A DNA stretch of 64,000 nt from Phallusia mammillata (GCA_965637545.1 OZ281494.1:12586001-12650000); one strand, 5' to 3'. Shown: positions 30,705-49,990, counted from the stretch's first letter. Made by a program: numbers and translations. The notes: a model not told the origin generated them from the sequence alone.

Positions 30705-30850
30705 TTAATGGTGAAAATAACGGCCCAAATAGACGTAAAAAGCGATGTGGCCTTCATATCACTGATGATGGCATGAGCATTTGCCGAAACGTTTGAACAA
30801 TAAAGCATGTCGCTTTTTACGTCTATTTGGGCCGTTATTTTCACCATTAA
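30705..30850. repeat. Perfect 41-bp inverted repeat with 64-nt spacer
   Basis: TTAATGGTGAAAATAACGGCCCAAATAGACGTAAAAAGCGA (30705-30745) and its exact reverse complement (30810-30850). Confidence 0.95.
30759..30796 (+). ncRNA. Minimal type I hammerhead ribozyme-like motif (Penelope-like-element type)
   Basis: UCA-CUGAUGA-U-GGCA(UGAGCAUU)UGCC-GAAAC-GUU/UGA: conserved cores, 4-bp stem II, palindromic AAACGUUU stem III, 3-bp stem I. Confidence 0.6.
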
Positions 30851-31104
30851 ACTTATGAACAGATCCGTATATAGTGTTCTAAAATACTAATGGTATTACA
30901 TTTGCTTGGGATAAAGCTACAAAATACTGTTTTAAGTTAAAGTACAAAGAAATAAGCACTATTAAAAAAACATGTTCCAAACACTTTCGATCACATATCA
31001 CGAGTTATTTCACTCCATATCTTGTGCTGATTGTTAAGTAAACTTGGTATGTACCACTGGTAAACATTTGATGTGATCTGTTTGTTTTTCAGTGTTTATC
31101 ATAG

Positions 31105-34100
31105 GTTGGTCTGACAAGCTGCCTGTAGTATGGATTTGTATTTGGAATGGATAAAGTTTTATGAATGGACGTTGGAGTTTGCTGATCCTCGGGTGGCGGA
31201 TTGGCCACTTATATATTCTCCTTTCCCAACTATTGCAATTGTTGCCTTGTACTTTCTTGTCATTTTCTATATTGGTCCCAAGTTTATGAAAAACCGGTAA
31301 AATATTATACATTGTTTATACCTTTTTTACTGTGCAGACATGCAAATTGTAAATTAGTTTAACTGGTCAGAATTGCATAGAATAACTATATATAGTTTAC
31401 CTCTATCTGCATAGTTTTTGCTTTACTGCTTCATATATACCATTTTTTATGACTGAAAACATGCACTATTATATTGAATGCGCGGGCCAGGAAGTAGTGA
31501 TATTGCATAGGTGGGTCTTGCTTTCTCAAACATTAACCTTGAACAGGTTTGCTTGGAATAACAATCAGGCTATAGGTTGCCCACCCTTGATAGGTATAAT
31601 GTGTCATAATAGTGTATTCAGCAGTTCTTAACCTTTTTTTGTCCATGCCCCCCTAAGAGGTTTGTCTGGCACTTCACGCCCCCTGAAACAGGCAAAAAAC
31701 GGCTGTTTCTTCTAACACTTGCCGCAATAGAACTACAAGAAGTCTCTCATGCCTATGTTGTAAACCAGGGGTCACCAAATTGCAGCGGGGGTCTTAAGTG
31801 TCATAAGTAGGGCAAATATTTTTTGACTTGTCAAAAAAAGTCAAAAATTTGTCAAAATTTTTAGAATAGGTAAAAAATTGTCAAAATTGTTTACAAAGTC
31901 AAATTTTTTTACAAAGTTAAAATTGTTTACAAACTGCATTGTCGTGGTGTTGTAGAGGTTGCACTGCCAGCAAACTATTTGTTTTACACCTTGTAGCCTA
32001 CTTTATACTGTTGTAATTGGCCCATTGCCCCAATTATTGTGAATCATAAACCAATAAGTGAGTAAAACAATTAGGTTGATATGGCGTGATGCTCAACACA
32101 CCTCAAAACGTGCAAAATTTTGGTAGGTCCCAAGTCATTTTACGGCAGCTGCAGGTTAGGTGCAGCTCTTGCTTCGGTTTTGCTTTAGATACTTCATGTA
32201 TCTTTCGTTTATACAAATGTATTGAATAATTTTCGTTGTGTCTTAGCTGCAGTTTTTTGGCAGTGATTTTTAATTAGCTCATTCCCTTTTCAGAATAGGT
32301 TAGGTCTATGTTCAGATTTTTGCCCTTCTGTTAGACTTTTGCACATTCTTTTGCTCTAGTTAGATTAGCCTAGCCATATTTTAACTTTTTGAACGATAAT
32401 GCGTTATTTAACTACTTGAATTCTTCATAGCTCAAAATTTTGTCAAAAAAAAGTTTTTTGAGGTCAAAATTTGTCAAAATTTTCAATTTGTAGGTCAAAA
32501 TTTTTCGTTTTTTAGGTCAAAAAATAATTGCCCTAGTCATAAGGTATTGCATCATAATATTCGCTTCTTTTTAAATACCGTTTGTTGTTTGCTCTCAAAC
32601 AACGCACAACATTTGCAAAATAAATTTTTGGGGGGACGTAATTGGATCTCAATAATCCAAATTTATACAAAAAAAACATGAGTAAAATAAATTGAATGTA
32701 AACTGGGATTTATTTCATCTGATTTAATTGTGCAAAGTACCTTTGAAAAACATTACCATTATATAATTAAAATTAATCTGTTTTGTTGCTTTGTTTTCCT
32801 GTTTAGGTCTCCAGTTGACTTTGGTCTTTTCTTGCCAGCCTACAACTTTGCACTTGTTGCATTAAACTACTACATTGTGCAGCAAGCACTTACTGGTAGT
32901 TACAATGCTGGATACAGTTATGTGTGTACACCTCTTCGAAAAGACTCATATGATCCGAATGAAATGAAGGTAATAAATGAATATTAAACTTGTGTGTTGT
33001 ATTATACTTCTGTGTTAATGACCAAAATAGTTGCATAATAACAACTTTTGTGTGAAATAAGTTTAAACATGCCACAGACCAAAACAGCTGTGTTGTGTAT
33101 GCCATTTTTTTCACTGTATTACAGGTTGCTAATGCTATATGGTGGTACTACTGTTCCAAAATTATTGAGCTTCTTGACACTGTTCTTTTCGTGCTTCGGA
33201 AAAACACTCGGCAACTAACATTCTTGCACGTCTATCACCATTCCACAATGCCTCTGTTATGGTGGATTGGTGCAAAATGGGTCCCTGGAGGACAATGTAA
33301 GGAGAAAACTCTGTTCTATATTGGTTTAATATTATAATCATTGCCAGCTGTCTGTGATGAATAGAACACCAAATAATGCCAACTATAATGTTGTTTGGAT
33401 AGTTGTGTTATTTTAACATGGACAAGCAACTTTATCTATAACTCTGTGATTTTTAAACTTTTAAACCACCATACATTTTTTATTATATTACAAAATTTTG
33501 TTTGTCCTTTCCTGAAAAAACTTTTTAAAAATAGTTTCTGACAAATCTGTTTTTGTTCTTCTTAGCATTTGTTGGTGTCATGCTAAACTCCAGTGTCCAT
33601 GTGGTAATGTATTCATACTATGGATTGGCTGCTCTGGGTCCAAAAGTTCAAAAATATCTTTGGTGGAAACGATACATCACAATGTTACAACTGGTATGTT
33701 TTCAGTTTATTTCATCATGATGTAGAACTCACTTAAAGCTATGCTTATGTAGTTATCAAATGTGAAATAATTACAAAAATGATGGTCAATTATTTACTAA
33801 AACTCAAGGTCAAACGTTTTAAATCTTCATAGTTTTTATGCTCATTTGGTTTCTTACCTTTGGAGTATACATTTTGATTCCCATTTTGACTTTCATTTCT
33901 GTAAATTATAAACAGTAAATTTCATCTGTTATTTGAGTACTTTTGGCATGAAATGTTCAAATTGGATAAAAAACACTTAAAATTATATTCCGCTTTGTGC
34001 CTAAATTGACTTTCATAAAGTTTTTGCTTCAAAACTTACCAACAGTATCAATGCACTGGTTTCCTGTTCGTGATATTGTTGAGCAGAAACTTCCTGTGAA

Positions 34101-34680
34101 AATCATCGACTTCCCATTGTCTGCTTCTTTGGCTATGAAACTACATACACTTTCGTTCAATATAACTGGACAGTAGTCCTATTTTAAACTACTGTACCTA
34201 AAGATTAGGTTTTTTTTTACCCAAACAAGACCACATTGTAACCCTGATTTTTTTAGCATAATTATTTCTTTGATGTAAGTATCCTGTTATATGTGTAATT
34301 TTTTAATGCAGCACAGTTCACATGCTTTTACACATTTCTAAATTTAACTTTTTTATTTTTTTCAGTCTCAGTTTTGTGTAGCAATATACCATACCTCAAT
34401 GTCCCTCTATGTCAAATGCCCCTCGCCAGTGTGGATGCATTGGGCACTGATTGCATATGCTATTTCCTTGATCGTACTATTTGGCAACTTCTACATGAAA
34501 GCCTACATAAAAAGGAGCAAAAAACCTGACATGAAAAAGTCAAATGAACTAAAGGTAAATGGAGATTCTCGCAAGTTGTCATGGAGCAACATTGTAGAAC
34601 AAGAGATGGAAAATGATGAATCATCACTAAGAAAGCGCACAAAAAATGGAAAAGTGATTTCTAATGGCAATACACCATGA
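31105..34680 (+). CDS. ELOVL4: Very-long-chain fatty acid elongase, ELOVL4-like
   Basis: Exons about 31105-31296 ([22 protein letters not shown]), 32807-32969, 33125-33297 ([21 protein letters not shown]), 33567-33693 ([24 protein letters not shown]), 34367-34680 ([26 protein letters not shown]). Start codon unresolved (see findings). Confidence 0.92.
31808..32535 (+). mobile_element. Non-autonomous hAT element (TAGGGCAA), 728 bp, ELOVL intron
   Basis: TIRs TAGGGCAA.TATTTTTTGAC / GTCAAAAAATAATTGCCCTA, perfect TSD GTCATAAG, TGTCAAAA subterminal repeats. It lies 42 bp inside a CAGGGGTCACCAAA end at 31766. Confidence 0.9.
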
Positions 34681-35570
34681 GAAAAGTTGGCTTACACCAA
34701 TGTAAATATAGGCGGTTTTGATGGCCATAAAACTATACATTACTTAGAATTGCACTAAAATATACTGTAACAAGTGTTTCGTACACATTATGTAATAAAT
34801 TATCATTGTTTAACAAAAAACAAAATGAAGCATTTTCTGATGAATATTATATATCGTTGATGTGATATTTCTTTTTAGGGTTTGCAGTGTTTTAGCTTGT
34901 TATCTAGTTTTCATTTTTATCATGCTGATGTAAATGAAAACATTTTGTAGTTGTAAGTTTGCCCCTTTTTGCAGCTGGCTGTGGCACAACTTTTTTCCTA
35001 AACGTTTAAATTTAACTTAAAAAGTGCACATCTGTCAACACAATTTGCAACAACCATATGCGTTACTCGTTTTTAACACAACTTTAAGGTACTGATTTGT
35101 CAACATTTTATCTTTGATTCTTCACTTAAGTGCTTTTACGGTGAAATAAAAGCCGTATTTGTGTGAGCAGTTGCACACTGCTAGTTAGGTCACTGTGTCA
35201 AAATTTTCTACTTACAAAATTAGGTGACTTTGTTTTTGGCTATGAAAAATATTGTTGTTTGTTACACTCACCTTTTTACTAACGGCATGTATTTTTTTGT
35301 ACTGATGCAAATAAATAGTTTTAACCAGAATCTCTGTGTTGAAGTTTTCTTTAGTTCCTTAAAAGCATTTTGAAACCAAGAGTTATATGGAAAGGGGACA
35401 CATTTTGATTTTACTCGATTAGTTTGTTTTGTTTTTTTCTTCGCTGCAGTTTGTCCACCTGCTTTTGCTATGAAATGTTGATGGATTGGGATGAAACTTT
35501 TACATATTGTCATGTAGATGTGTTATCCGTTTTGTTTGACTTGATGACCCCAGTATTTAACCCACTAGCC

Positions 35571-35849
35571 CAGTGGTTCTCCAACCGACCCCCACCCCCC
35601 CCCCCCCCCAGGGGGGGCACAGGTGTAGCCTCACCAAAAACACCCACTAAAAATCAGTGAGTCATTTTCTTTTAATGGTATTTCTATTCGATTTGTTTAA
35701 ATCCAAAATTAATAACGAATTTCAACAAGAGTTTGCCATTCAATTTTTTTGCAGGGGGGCACAGAACTTACATTGTTATTTAAAGGGACACATGAGGCCC
35801 AAAATATACTTTAAGGGGGGCACAGTTCATGAAAGTTTGAGAACCACTG
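35571..35849 (+). mobile_element. hAT/Charlie-like MITE (CAGTGGTTCTC)
   Basis: TIRs CAGTGGTTCTCCAACC / GTTTGAGAACCACTG, poly-C/poly-G subterminal runs; TSD only partial. Confidence 0.8.
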
Positions 35850-36015
35850 CACTGTAAAGTGAAAAAAGTTTTTCATATGTCTTGTATGCTACTGGGCGTC
35901 ACAAATTAAAGTAGTTTTTGCAGTCTTAAAGTGGCAAATGAACCTATGTTGCTTGAGTTTGTGATCTACTCGCAGTATATGGTAGCTGTTTTTGCAGATG
36001 GCTCTTCCCCTAAGG

Positions 36016-36880
36016 CAGTAGTGTCAAAAGGGCGGCCCGCGGCTGTTGTTTCCAATTGTGTTGCGTATGACCTGCCATAGTTTGGATTAGGTTTTTCGGT
36101 TGTGGCGACATCACGGAAAAGCTCTGCATGGAACTTTATTTACCGGTAAAAAGGAAATATACAAGGTGCTGACGCAACATATCCCATAACCCTGTCTATT
36201 AGGATCAATAATAAGTGGCAACAACCACCTAAGTGACGTTTTACGCATCTTAACCACTGCCCTTTTTTAAGCCCGACCTGGAATTTGTGATGAAATCCAA
36301 ATCACAATATCACTACTCACGTTGATTGGTAAAACTGAAAGTAGCAGTAAAAAAAATTCTGTCTAATGTCGTAAAAATGCTACTTGTTAAACACTGGGTT
36401 AAAATGTCTGTTAAAGCGTATTAGCTGTTTTGTACCAGTGTTGATTATTCTAGTGCAGTGTTCCCAACCTATAAGTCTCGCGGCCTGATATCTTTACTTG
36501 GCGTGATAATGGTTATAGTTCTGTTTGTGACGTCAGAAGTTAGAGCGTTGTCTGGCTGATAATGCTTTGAACCACCTCTAAAGTTCGGGCTAAATGGAAA
36601 TGTTTGGTCGAAAAACAAACGATATTTGTTGGATTTTCCAAACTGGTGGAGTGATTTTCGAAAGCTTTCTTGATTTGAAGACAAAAGTACGACCAGAATA
36701 GTAAGAATGCAATGCTCCATGGGTCGCAAGAAACCACAAACAAAATTTTGGGATGTATTTGGATCGCGTCCAATTAAGTTGGAAACCACTGTTCTATGGC
36801 ATTTGTTAGTAGCGAACGATAAAAATTGGAATTTTAGCTGATAAAAATTGGCCCCGATTAATAAAGTTTGGACACCCCTG
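36016..36880 (+). mobile_element. Old CAGGGGTGTC-type element with a nested MITE end at 36456
   Basis: Ends CAGTAGTGTCAAA / TTTGGACACCCCTG, flanks CCCTAAGG / TCCTCAGG (6/8). Confidence 0.55.
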
Positions 36881-37608
36881 TCCTCAGGGTTGCTGCTCAA
36901 AATACCTCTAGTAGATTGGGACAAAGTTTTACAGGACTGTTGATTGAGTTATTGTTGTTTGGTATTTGATTAGTTTGGGTGTAGAAACCCACCCATCAGC
37001 CTCCTAAAATGGGCGATTTTTTTAACAATGTCAGAATTGAATAAAACTGGGATTTTATAACCTTAGTTTGTCTTCAGTAATGTAGGACCCAACATAAAAA
37101 TAGTAAAGGGAGTATCTAGTAACATAATATAGATCCAAAGGTATGCAGTAGCGAAATGTGCGAAGCCACCCTTCCAGTCAACATCAACTTATGTTTTAGT
37201 TTACTCATTTAGCTTAGGTCCGATTTTATTAGTTTTTTTTAACTAAATGGCCTTAAATTTAGACTGCGGGCAGTACATGTAAAGTTGGGATTTGAAAACT
37301 TACTTGCCATTGTTTCATGGTAAAACCTGAGTAATTTATTAATCTAATCCTGCCAGAGCGACAAATTTATTTATTGATCCTAAACATCAAGATTTATAAA
37401 AGTATACTCATACTTTTATCATGCAATACAAAACAGTAGTTGACATTTCATACTGCAAAGATGTTAATAAACTTGTGGAATGAAAAAATCTTGCATAATA
37501 CATATGTGGTTCAAACAATAGGCAACTTAAGTTAATTATGTTGGTGCTTCATTTAGTTGCAGGGAACATTCGATGTTGATGCACTGATAAATTGAATTGT
37601 AATGAAGC

Positions 37609-38344
37609 CTAAAGTTCTTCTTTTCGGTCAATCTTTAGTAGTTCAACTTCAAAAACCAAGGTTGCTCCTGCTGGAATTTTTGGGGGTGCACCACGATCAC
37701 CATAACCTTTCAACAACAAAATATTTGCTATATCTCATCAATGTGACATTTAGTATCATACATACCCAAATGTGGAGGAATGACCAGTTTTCTCTTCTCA
37801 CCAATGCACATGCTATGAACAAAACAAATAGTTGTAACAAATAATAACATTTGTAAACAAATCATGTCAATAGTAACAACAAAAGCAGAATGAAAATGGT
37901 GCAGTTTAGCAGCACTAGATTTGATAAAATACCAAAATTTTTTTCAACACAAAATACCAGACTTGGCTCATACTTTAAAAGACCCTGGTCCCATCCTTTG
38001 ATAACTTGACCTGTTCCAAGTGTAAATTTGAAAGGATCATTTCTGTCAAGACTGCTGTCAAATTTTGAGCCATCAGATTTCAAAGTGCCCTAAATTGATA
38101 TGATTTTGGTCAAAACAACTAACATTTTCTTTTGAGAATCTCTGTATACATCAATGAAAATCACAAGTAAATTATGGCATAACGCAACACTTACTGTATA
38201 ATGCATTTCCACCATGTCTCCCTTCTTGGTCATGATCTTACAATCTTCTTTTGGAATCCTCTTTTTTACGCCGATTTGTAATTTGTCTTCACAAGTCACA
38301 AAAGTAAATAAAACGGCAAACGCCAAAATCATTAACGAATTCAT
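37609..38344 (-). CDS. FKBP2: ER peptidyl-prolyl isomerase FKBP2 (FKBP13)
   Basis: Four exons: signal peptide [27 protein letters not shown]...[84 protein letters not shown]-terminal KEEL retention signal; TAG at 37609-37611. Confidence 0.96.
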
Positions 38345-40642
38345 GTCTATTCGCAAACAAATCCAAAACCCACCACTGTTCGTCAGTTTTTCGGCTATAC
38401 TGAAGTCTTAACTGGTGACGTTTTGATTTCAATCTGAATGTACGGACAGCCTATCTCTTCGTCACACGTCAATGCCACATTATACCGGCACTTATCCGCG
38501 TCGTTGGGATTATTATCTTTGGAAAGATTAAATTTGTACACAAAAAAATCAACGGGATTATAAGTAGCAACATTTAAAAACAAAACATGCAATAGACCTG
38601 TTAAATAGTTGTGACAAATTTGAAATTAGTTGATCACTTATCACATAACGGGTACCTTATCAGGGCGGATTAAAAAAGTTTCCAGTTAGGGACATTCCCG
38701 ACATAGTTCAATTGTTGAATCGTAAAGGTGCTTCCTAACGAGCTGGTTAAATATCATTCCGTTGATATTAACCGATCCATTTTTGACAGCGCAAAGGCAA
38801 GTTGAATCACAAGTGCACATATTGGTAAAGAAAGACACCAAAATCGTACGGACCAAATGTATGTTGTGTCACTGCGACATTGTCCTTTTTACGAAAACAG
38901 TTATCAAGCATCAAGGTAGGCCTACGGTACGATGGTAGGCTACCCTCCCTTACCAAAGCATAACAGCGTGCCACAGGCCCACGGTACTGGTGCGCAAACT
39001 GAATGGTCATTTTTAGATAGTTATAATCACATAAATGCTTCGAAATCACTAAAACTTGTATTTATAGCTGCTTATGTCGAAATGTGAACTTGTACACGAG
39101 CTCCCGTGCCGGGTACCCGCCTGAAAACTGTAGTTTTAATTGCATGTGACAAATACACATTACATCAGACACTCCATTTTACATTCAATTAAAAAACATA
39201 CGTTGGGTAAAATTATGCAGTCATTGTCGCTGCACGAGCATATCGTAGAAAATATATAAACCCTCTACTGTGCAAACGGGCAGGTAGTGAAGTAGCCTAG
39301 CTTGTTTAGACACCATCACTCAGCACTTAAGTACAAATCATTGTAAAATACCGTACTGCCATCCTTACAACAACTTCACAGTGCAAGACTTTTGAACATT
39401 TGAATCACGACACTAGATGTACGGCCTATTTAAAATCAAGCTTCCAGCGAAACTGTTCGATAGAAATATAGACATTAAAACAACGCGTGTGTAGCGGTCA
39501 TGTTATTATTGCGTACAAAGTTTACATTAAAGTTTCCATATTCGTGTACAAGAGCGTTTCATACAACAACAGGAAATGTGTTTAACTCGTCACAATAAGC
39601 TTTCTAAGATAACATTGCCGCATCGTTCAAAGCCTAAGAAACTTTGAGTCATTTTGTGCTTCTAGAATGTTCTGGAGGTAAACAAGTGTTCGTTCTTCAT
39701 GACGCATGTTACCGTTGCTATTTCTGTCGCTTCCGCTCCGCATTGAGTTGCAAGTAGAACATAGCCGCTCGTACCTGAGAAAAAGCATATAGCAGCTCGG
39801 TTAGAGGGCGCTATGACTTTATAATATTGCACTTTTGCTATGAAATAAATTCTATAACTTAAAAGTTTCACTGTAAAACCATAAATTTTGCTCCACTATA
39901 AATAGCTTGTTTTCAACTTTGTCGTGAGTCTTCTATTAGTCTATTTTCTTCTATTTTTCTTCCTTTTGGGAATGTGGAAGCTTATTTAATCGTTCGCTTT
40001 TTAACATTTTGAAACGAAACGTTTACTCAAGAATTCAAAGAAAGAAAAGACACTCTGTGCGGCTGTTAATCAGTCAGCTGTTATTGCGAAGTAAAGAACA
40101 GATCTACCAAACAATTTGTAATGATCATTATAGTTTACACTGTAGCCGCCCTCGACAAGTCATCATCGAGACAGGGGTGGTTGAATTAGTGTACTGTATT
40201 GCTGTGGATCAAATCATTCTTAACAAGGGAAATCCCCTAGTCAAGAAGCGCATTGGTATTCCATCTTGTGGTTGCGGTCAAGTGTCTTCAATTAAATTAC
40301 GATTGGCGGTAAAATGTAATACATCGTAGAAATACCACATCAAGTAAAATGCTTAATATATTTTATTTGTCACCACATGCCTATGCAGTCTCGTTTTTTA
40401 GGGTGGGGCAAAATAGTTGAAAGACTGAAAGCCACTTTAGAGGTAGTACAAGTCTTCAATTATCGTCACTTTATTTGGTAACTTCAACCTCTTTCCATGA
40501 CTAGGGTGGTTAGCTATAGATCCCAACTTGACTGGTTCCACCAACATAGCCCCACATTACTACCTCTTTTAAAAGTTTGATGCCACTGGACTTTAAGATC
40601 TTTGTTGAAAAACATTGTTGTTTAGGTGACCTTGTTTTCAGC

Positions 40643-47334
<6,692 letters not shown>

Positions 47335-48439
47335 CGTCATAAAAATGATGTTTTTTGTCATTTTCGTGCATAGTATTTTATTCGTATATAGTTTCAGTGA
47401 AGGTCGGCAACATCGTTTCGCGGTCCGTGAGTGAGTTGTTAAAAGGTCGCTTAAAACACTTAACTATGCTGACTGGGCATAATGTGAGTATCATATTGTC
47501 AGTTAGTTTTTTGTGTCTGTTGGCCTTTATAGGAAATATTTGGCCACTTTTATACACTCTCAGGTACTTTGTGCCTCTTATATCTAGTCTAATGTAAGTG
47601 GAACTTCTTATTTCACCCATTAAGCGTTATGTGGACCGAAAGGGTTGCATGCTCCCGATTATTTCCGTAAAAACCGGTCCACAAAATGACTTTTGCCTTG
47701 AACCGCTCTGCAAAGCTTTCGGCTTTTTCCAGTTTGGAAATTGTATTATATATGTTGTTGAATGTAGTTGACATGCGTCAGAGCTTTTCACCCGCAAAAG
47801 CAGCCTCTGACGACCAATGCCCATAAAATCTGTTTACTATAACAATTGATACAGTCTTCGTTTCTTACGTTTCAAACTTTCTGCTCTCTGAAATTTTATG
47901 CAATATACAATATGAAGGCAGGATTTTGTTCCAAAGCAAGTTCCAATGACTGACTTGATAAGGAACCTTCCCTGGGCCGCAAAAGTTTGTTTTGCATGAA
48001 AAAAACCCATTATTTTGCTTTCTTCTGCCTGACGTGTGCGATATGCAGTCACCTGTGTATTGCACCAATTGGTTGCAAACTTTCCTCTTTCTGTTTTGGT
48101 TTGCTTCCAAACATTTTCAGTTTTCACTGCCATTGTAATTACAAAGGCCTCTTGATCTATTTCTGTATTTTCATTCCAGGTTTCGTCACCAATTTCTTGT
48201 GTTTTACCTCGATCATTTAATTAATATATTTTCGACGTCGTGGAAGGACTTTCCAAGTGGGTGTCCAAGCAAACACAAAAACCTCTGTAGTTTTTGTGCG
48301 ATTAACTTGCGTCTGGATGGTTTTGATGGCGAAGTTTGTGTGCTGGAATTTCTCACTTCAGTTGCATTCATGTCTGACGAAATCAGAGTGCGACAAAGTT
48401 GTCTCTTGACCTCTACTTTTTGCTTCTCCGTCAGTTTGG

Positions 48440-49990
48440 TTACTGTACGTGCATCAGGGTTGCTCCTCCTAACGCTTCCGGAACAGCTATAGTGACTGTC
48501 GATTGATTGTGTACGGGGTCATAGGCGCCGAGTGGGCGGTGGCGGGGTGGCGCCGCCACCTTGGGTTTGTAAAGCACGTTGGCGGCCACCGTGGATATTT
48601 TGATTTGTTTGTAGCGGGATAGTAGGAAACATCGTAAAATCTGAAGAAATTTGGGAATGATGCTGGCATAAAAGCAACGAAACGTGTCGAAACTGCAACC
48701 TGTTTTTGTTTTGTTTATGACGTCAAACACACAATTGTTGGCAGTAAATGTATGTCCAGTATTGTGTACAATTGGATTGTACTGTAATAAATGGTTATTT
48801 TAGGTGATACAAGAGCAACAACTTGACGAAACATTTCATAAACGTTGCTAAACCAATAATAACGTTAAAGCAAAGTGTTTCTTTTTTCAACATTAGTTTA
48901 AAAAAATGTAAAAAAATTTTGAAGAATTTGACGAACGTTGCATTCTATTAAAAGTGTATTGTGCTTTGAGTTGGGGCTCGTGTGGTTGCACGCATTAGTG
49001 ACGTCACTAATTTACGTCCGCCACCTCGCATTTTTGCATAACTCGGCACCTATGTACAGGGTATTTTGGAATGCATTGTATTTCTGATTTTAATTTGGTA
49101 ACTTGTTTTGGATGTGGCAGCGTATAATTACCACGTGGCCTCATACACGGTTCACTCGGTAACGGTATTGCTGTCAATGGAACAACTTCTCCTTTTAAAA
49201 CCAACCTCTTGTGGCTTTGGCTAGTTAAATCCCAATAGCTAACTTTGTTGGGGTGTGAGGGTTATTGGTTTCCTTCGCTGCAAAGCGAAGAATTTACGTG
49301 CTCCAGGTCCATTCAATCAGAAAGGTCTGAAACCATTTCGGTTTGTACGTACTTCGACATACGACAACGTACGTATAAAGTCGGTGTGACATTTGTGTCA
49401 AATTTTTGTTGACAAATGTTTGTAAGTATGGATGTTGTTTATCCATAGGGAGTTATTTGTGGACATCTGTATCTTGGGTATATGCCTGGTGATTATGTTT
49501 CTCTCAAAGACCCGAACGAGTAAGGATGGGCCCAATGTCACTAGCGTTGCTCCTCTTAAAGCTTTCGGATTAGCGACTGTTATACGTCGTATTTTTTGTT
49601 TTTGGCTAGTCAATGCTTTGGTCGTGATAGTGTATAATTTCCACGGGACCTTAACACACTGCGATACGTTTTGCTTGGCTATTTAATGTCACTAGAACAA
49701 CATCACTTTTTTGGAGATTACGCCTTTGTGGCTGGGTTTTGGTAGTTAAAACGTTTTTTAAGACTTGAAAAAGTAACCCCGTGTTGAGCTTTGCATGGCC
49801 AGTTTTTTGAAAAAATGAGGGCACCAGTGCCAAGACAAATCGGTTTCTTGGTTCGGGGAGATTTCTTTCCATCCCGGCTTCTGCACAAGGACTAGACTAG
49901 GCCATAACATTATAACTTGCACAAAACACAACAATCAACTTACCAACTGTTTTGCCATAGCGGGTTTCGTATTTATATCGTACTTGAAAG
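48440..49990 (-). pseudogene. Two tandem, diverged coding units of unknown family, disrupted
   Basis: Units share K.(D/E)VV..T...C(M/L)R.RGNYTL..PK..T..K.(E/K)I and T(I/V)A.P.AL.GATL, with mostly third-position differences. Unit 1 is split by a MITE; unit 2 has two 1-nt frameshifts. A 63-nt GT-AG intron lies at about 49881-49943. Confidence 0.5.
48520..49054 (+). mobile_element. hAT-type MITE (CATAGGCGCCGAGT), 535 bp
   Basis: TIRs CATAGGCGCCGAGT / ACTCGGCACCTATG, TSD TACGGGGT / TACAGGGT (7/8). Confidence 0.9.

Noticed and set aside
36469-36924. 151-aa minus-strand ORF (longest unexplained)
   Set aside because: Overlaps nested MITE ends (36456, 36880); no recognisable domain.
40009-40329. 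106-aa plus-strand ORF upstream of IARS2
   Set aside because: Non-ATG start, no similarity, no phase-supported link to IARS2.
49930-49985. RYKYE motif as a Rel-homology (RFRYxCE) domain
   Set aside because: Only a 5-residue resemblance; downstream RHD motifs are absent.
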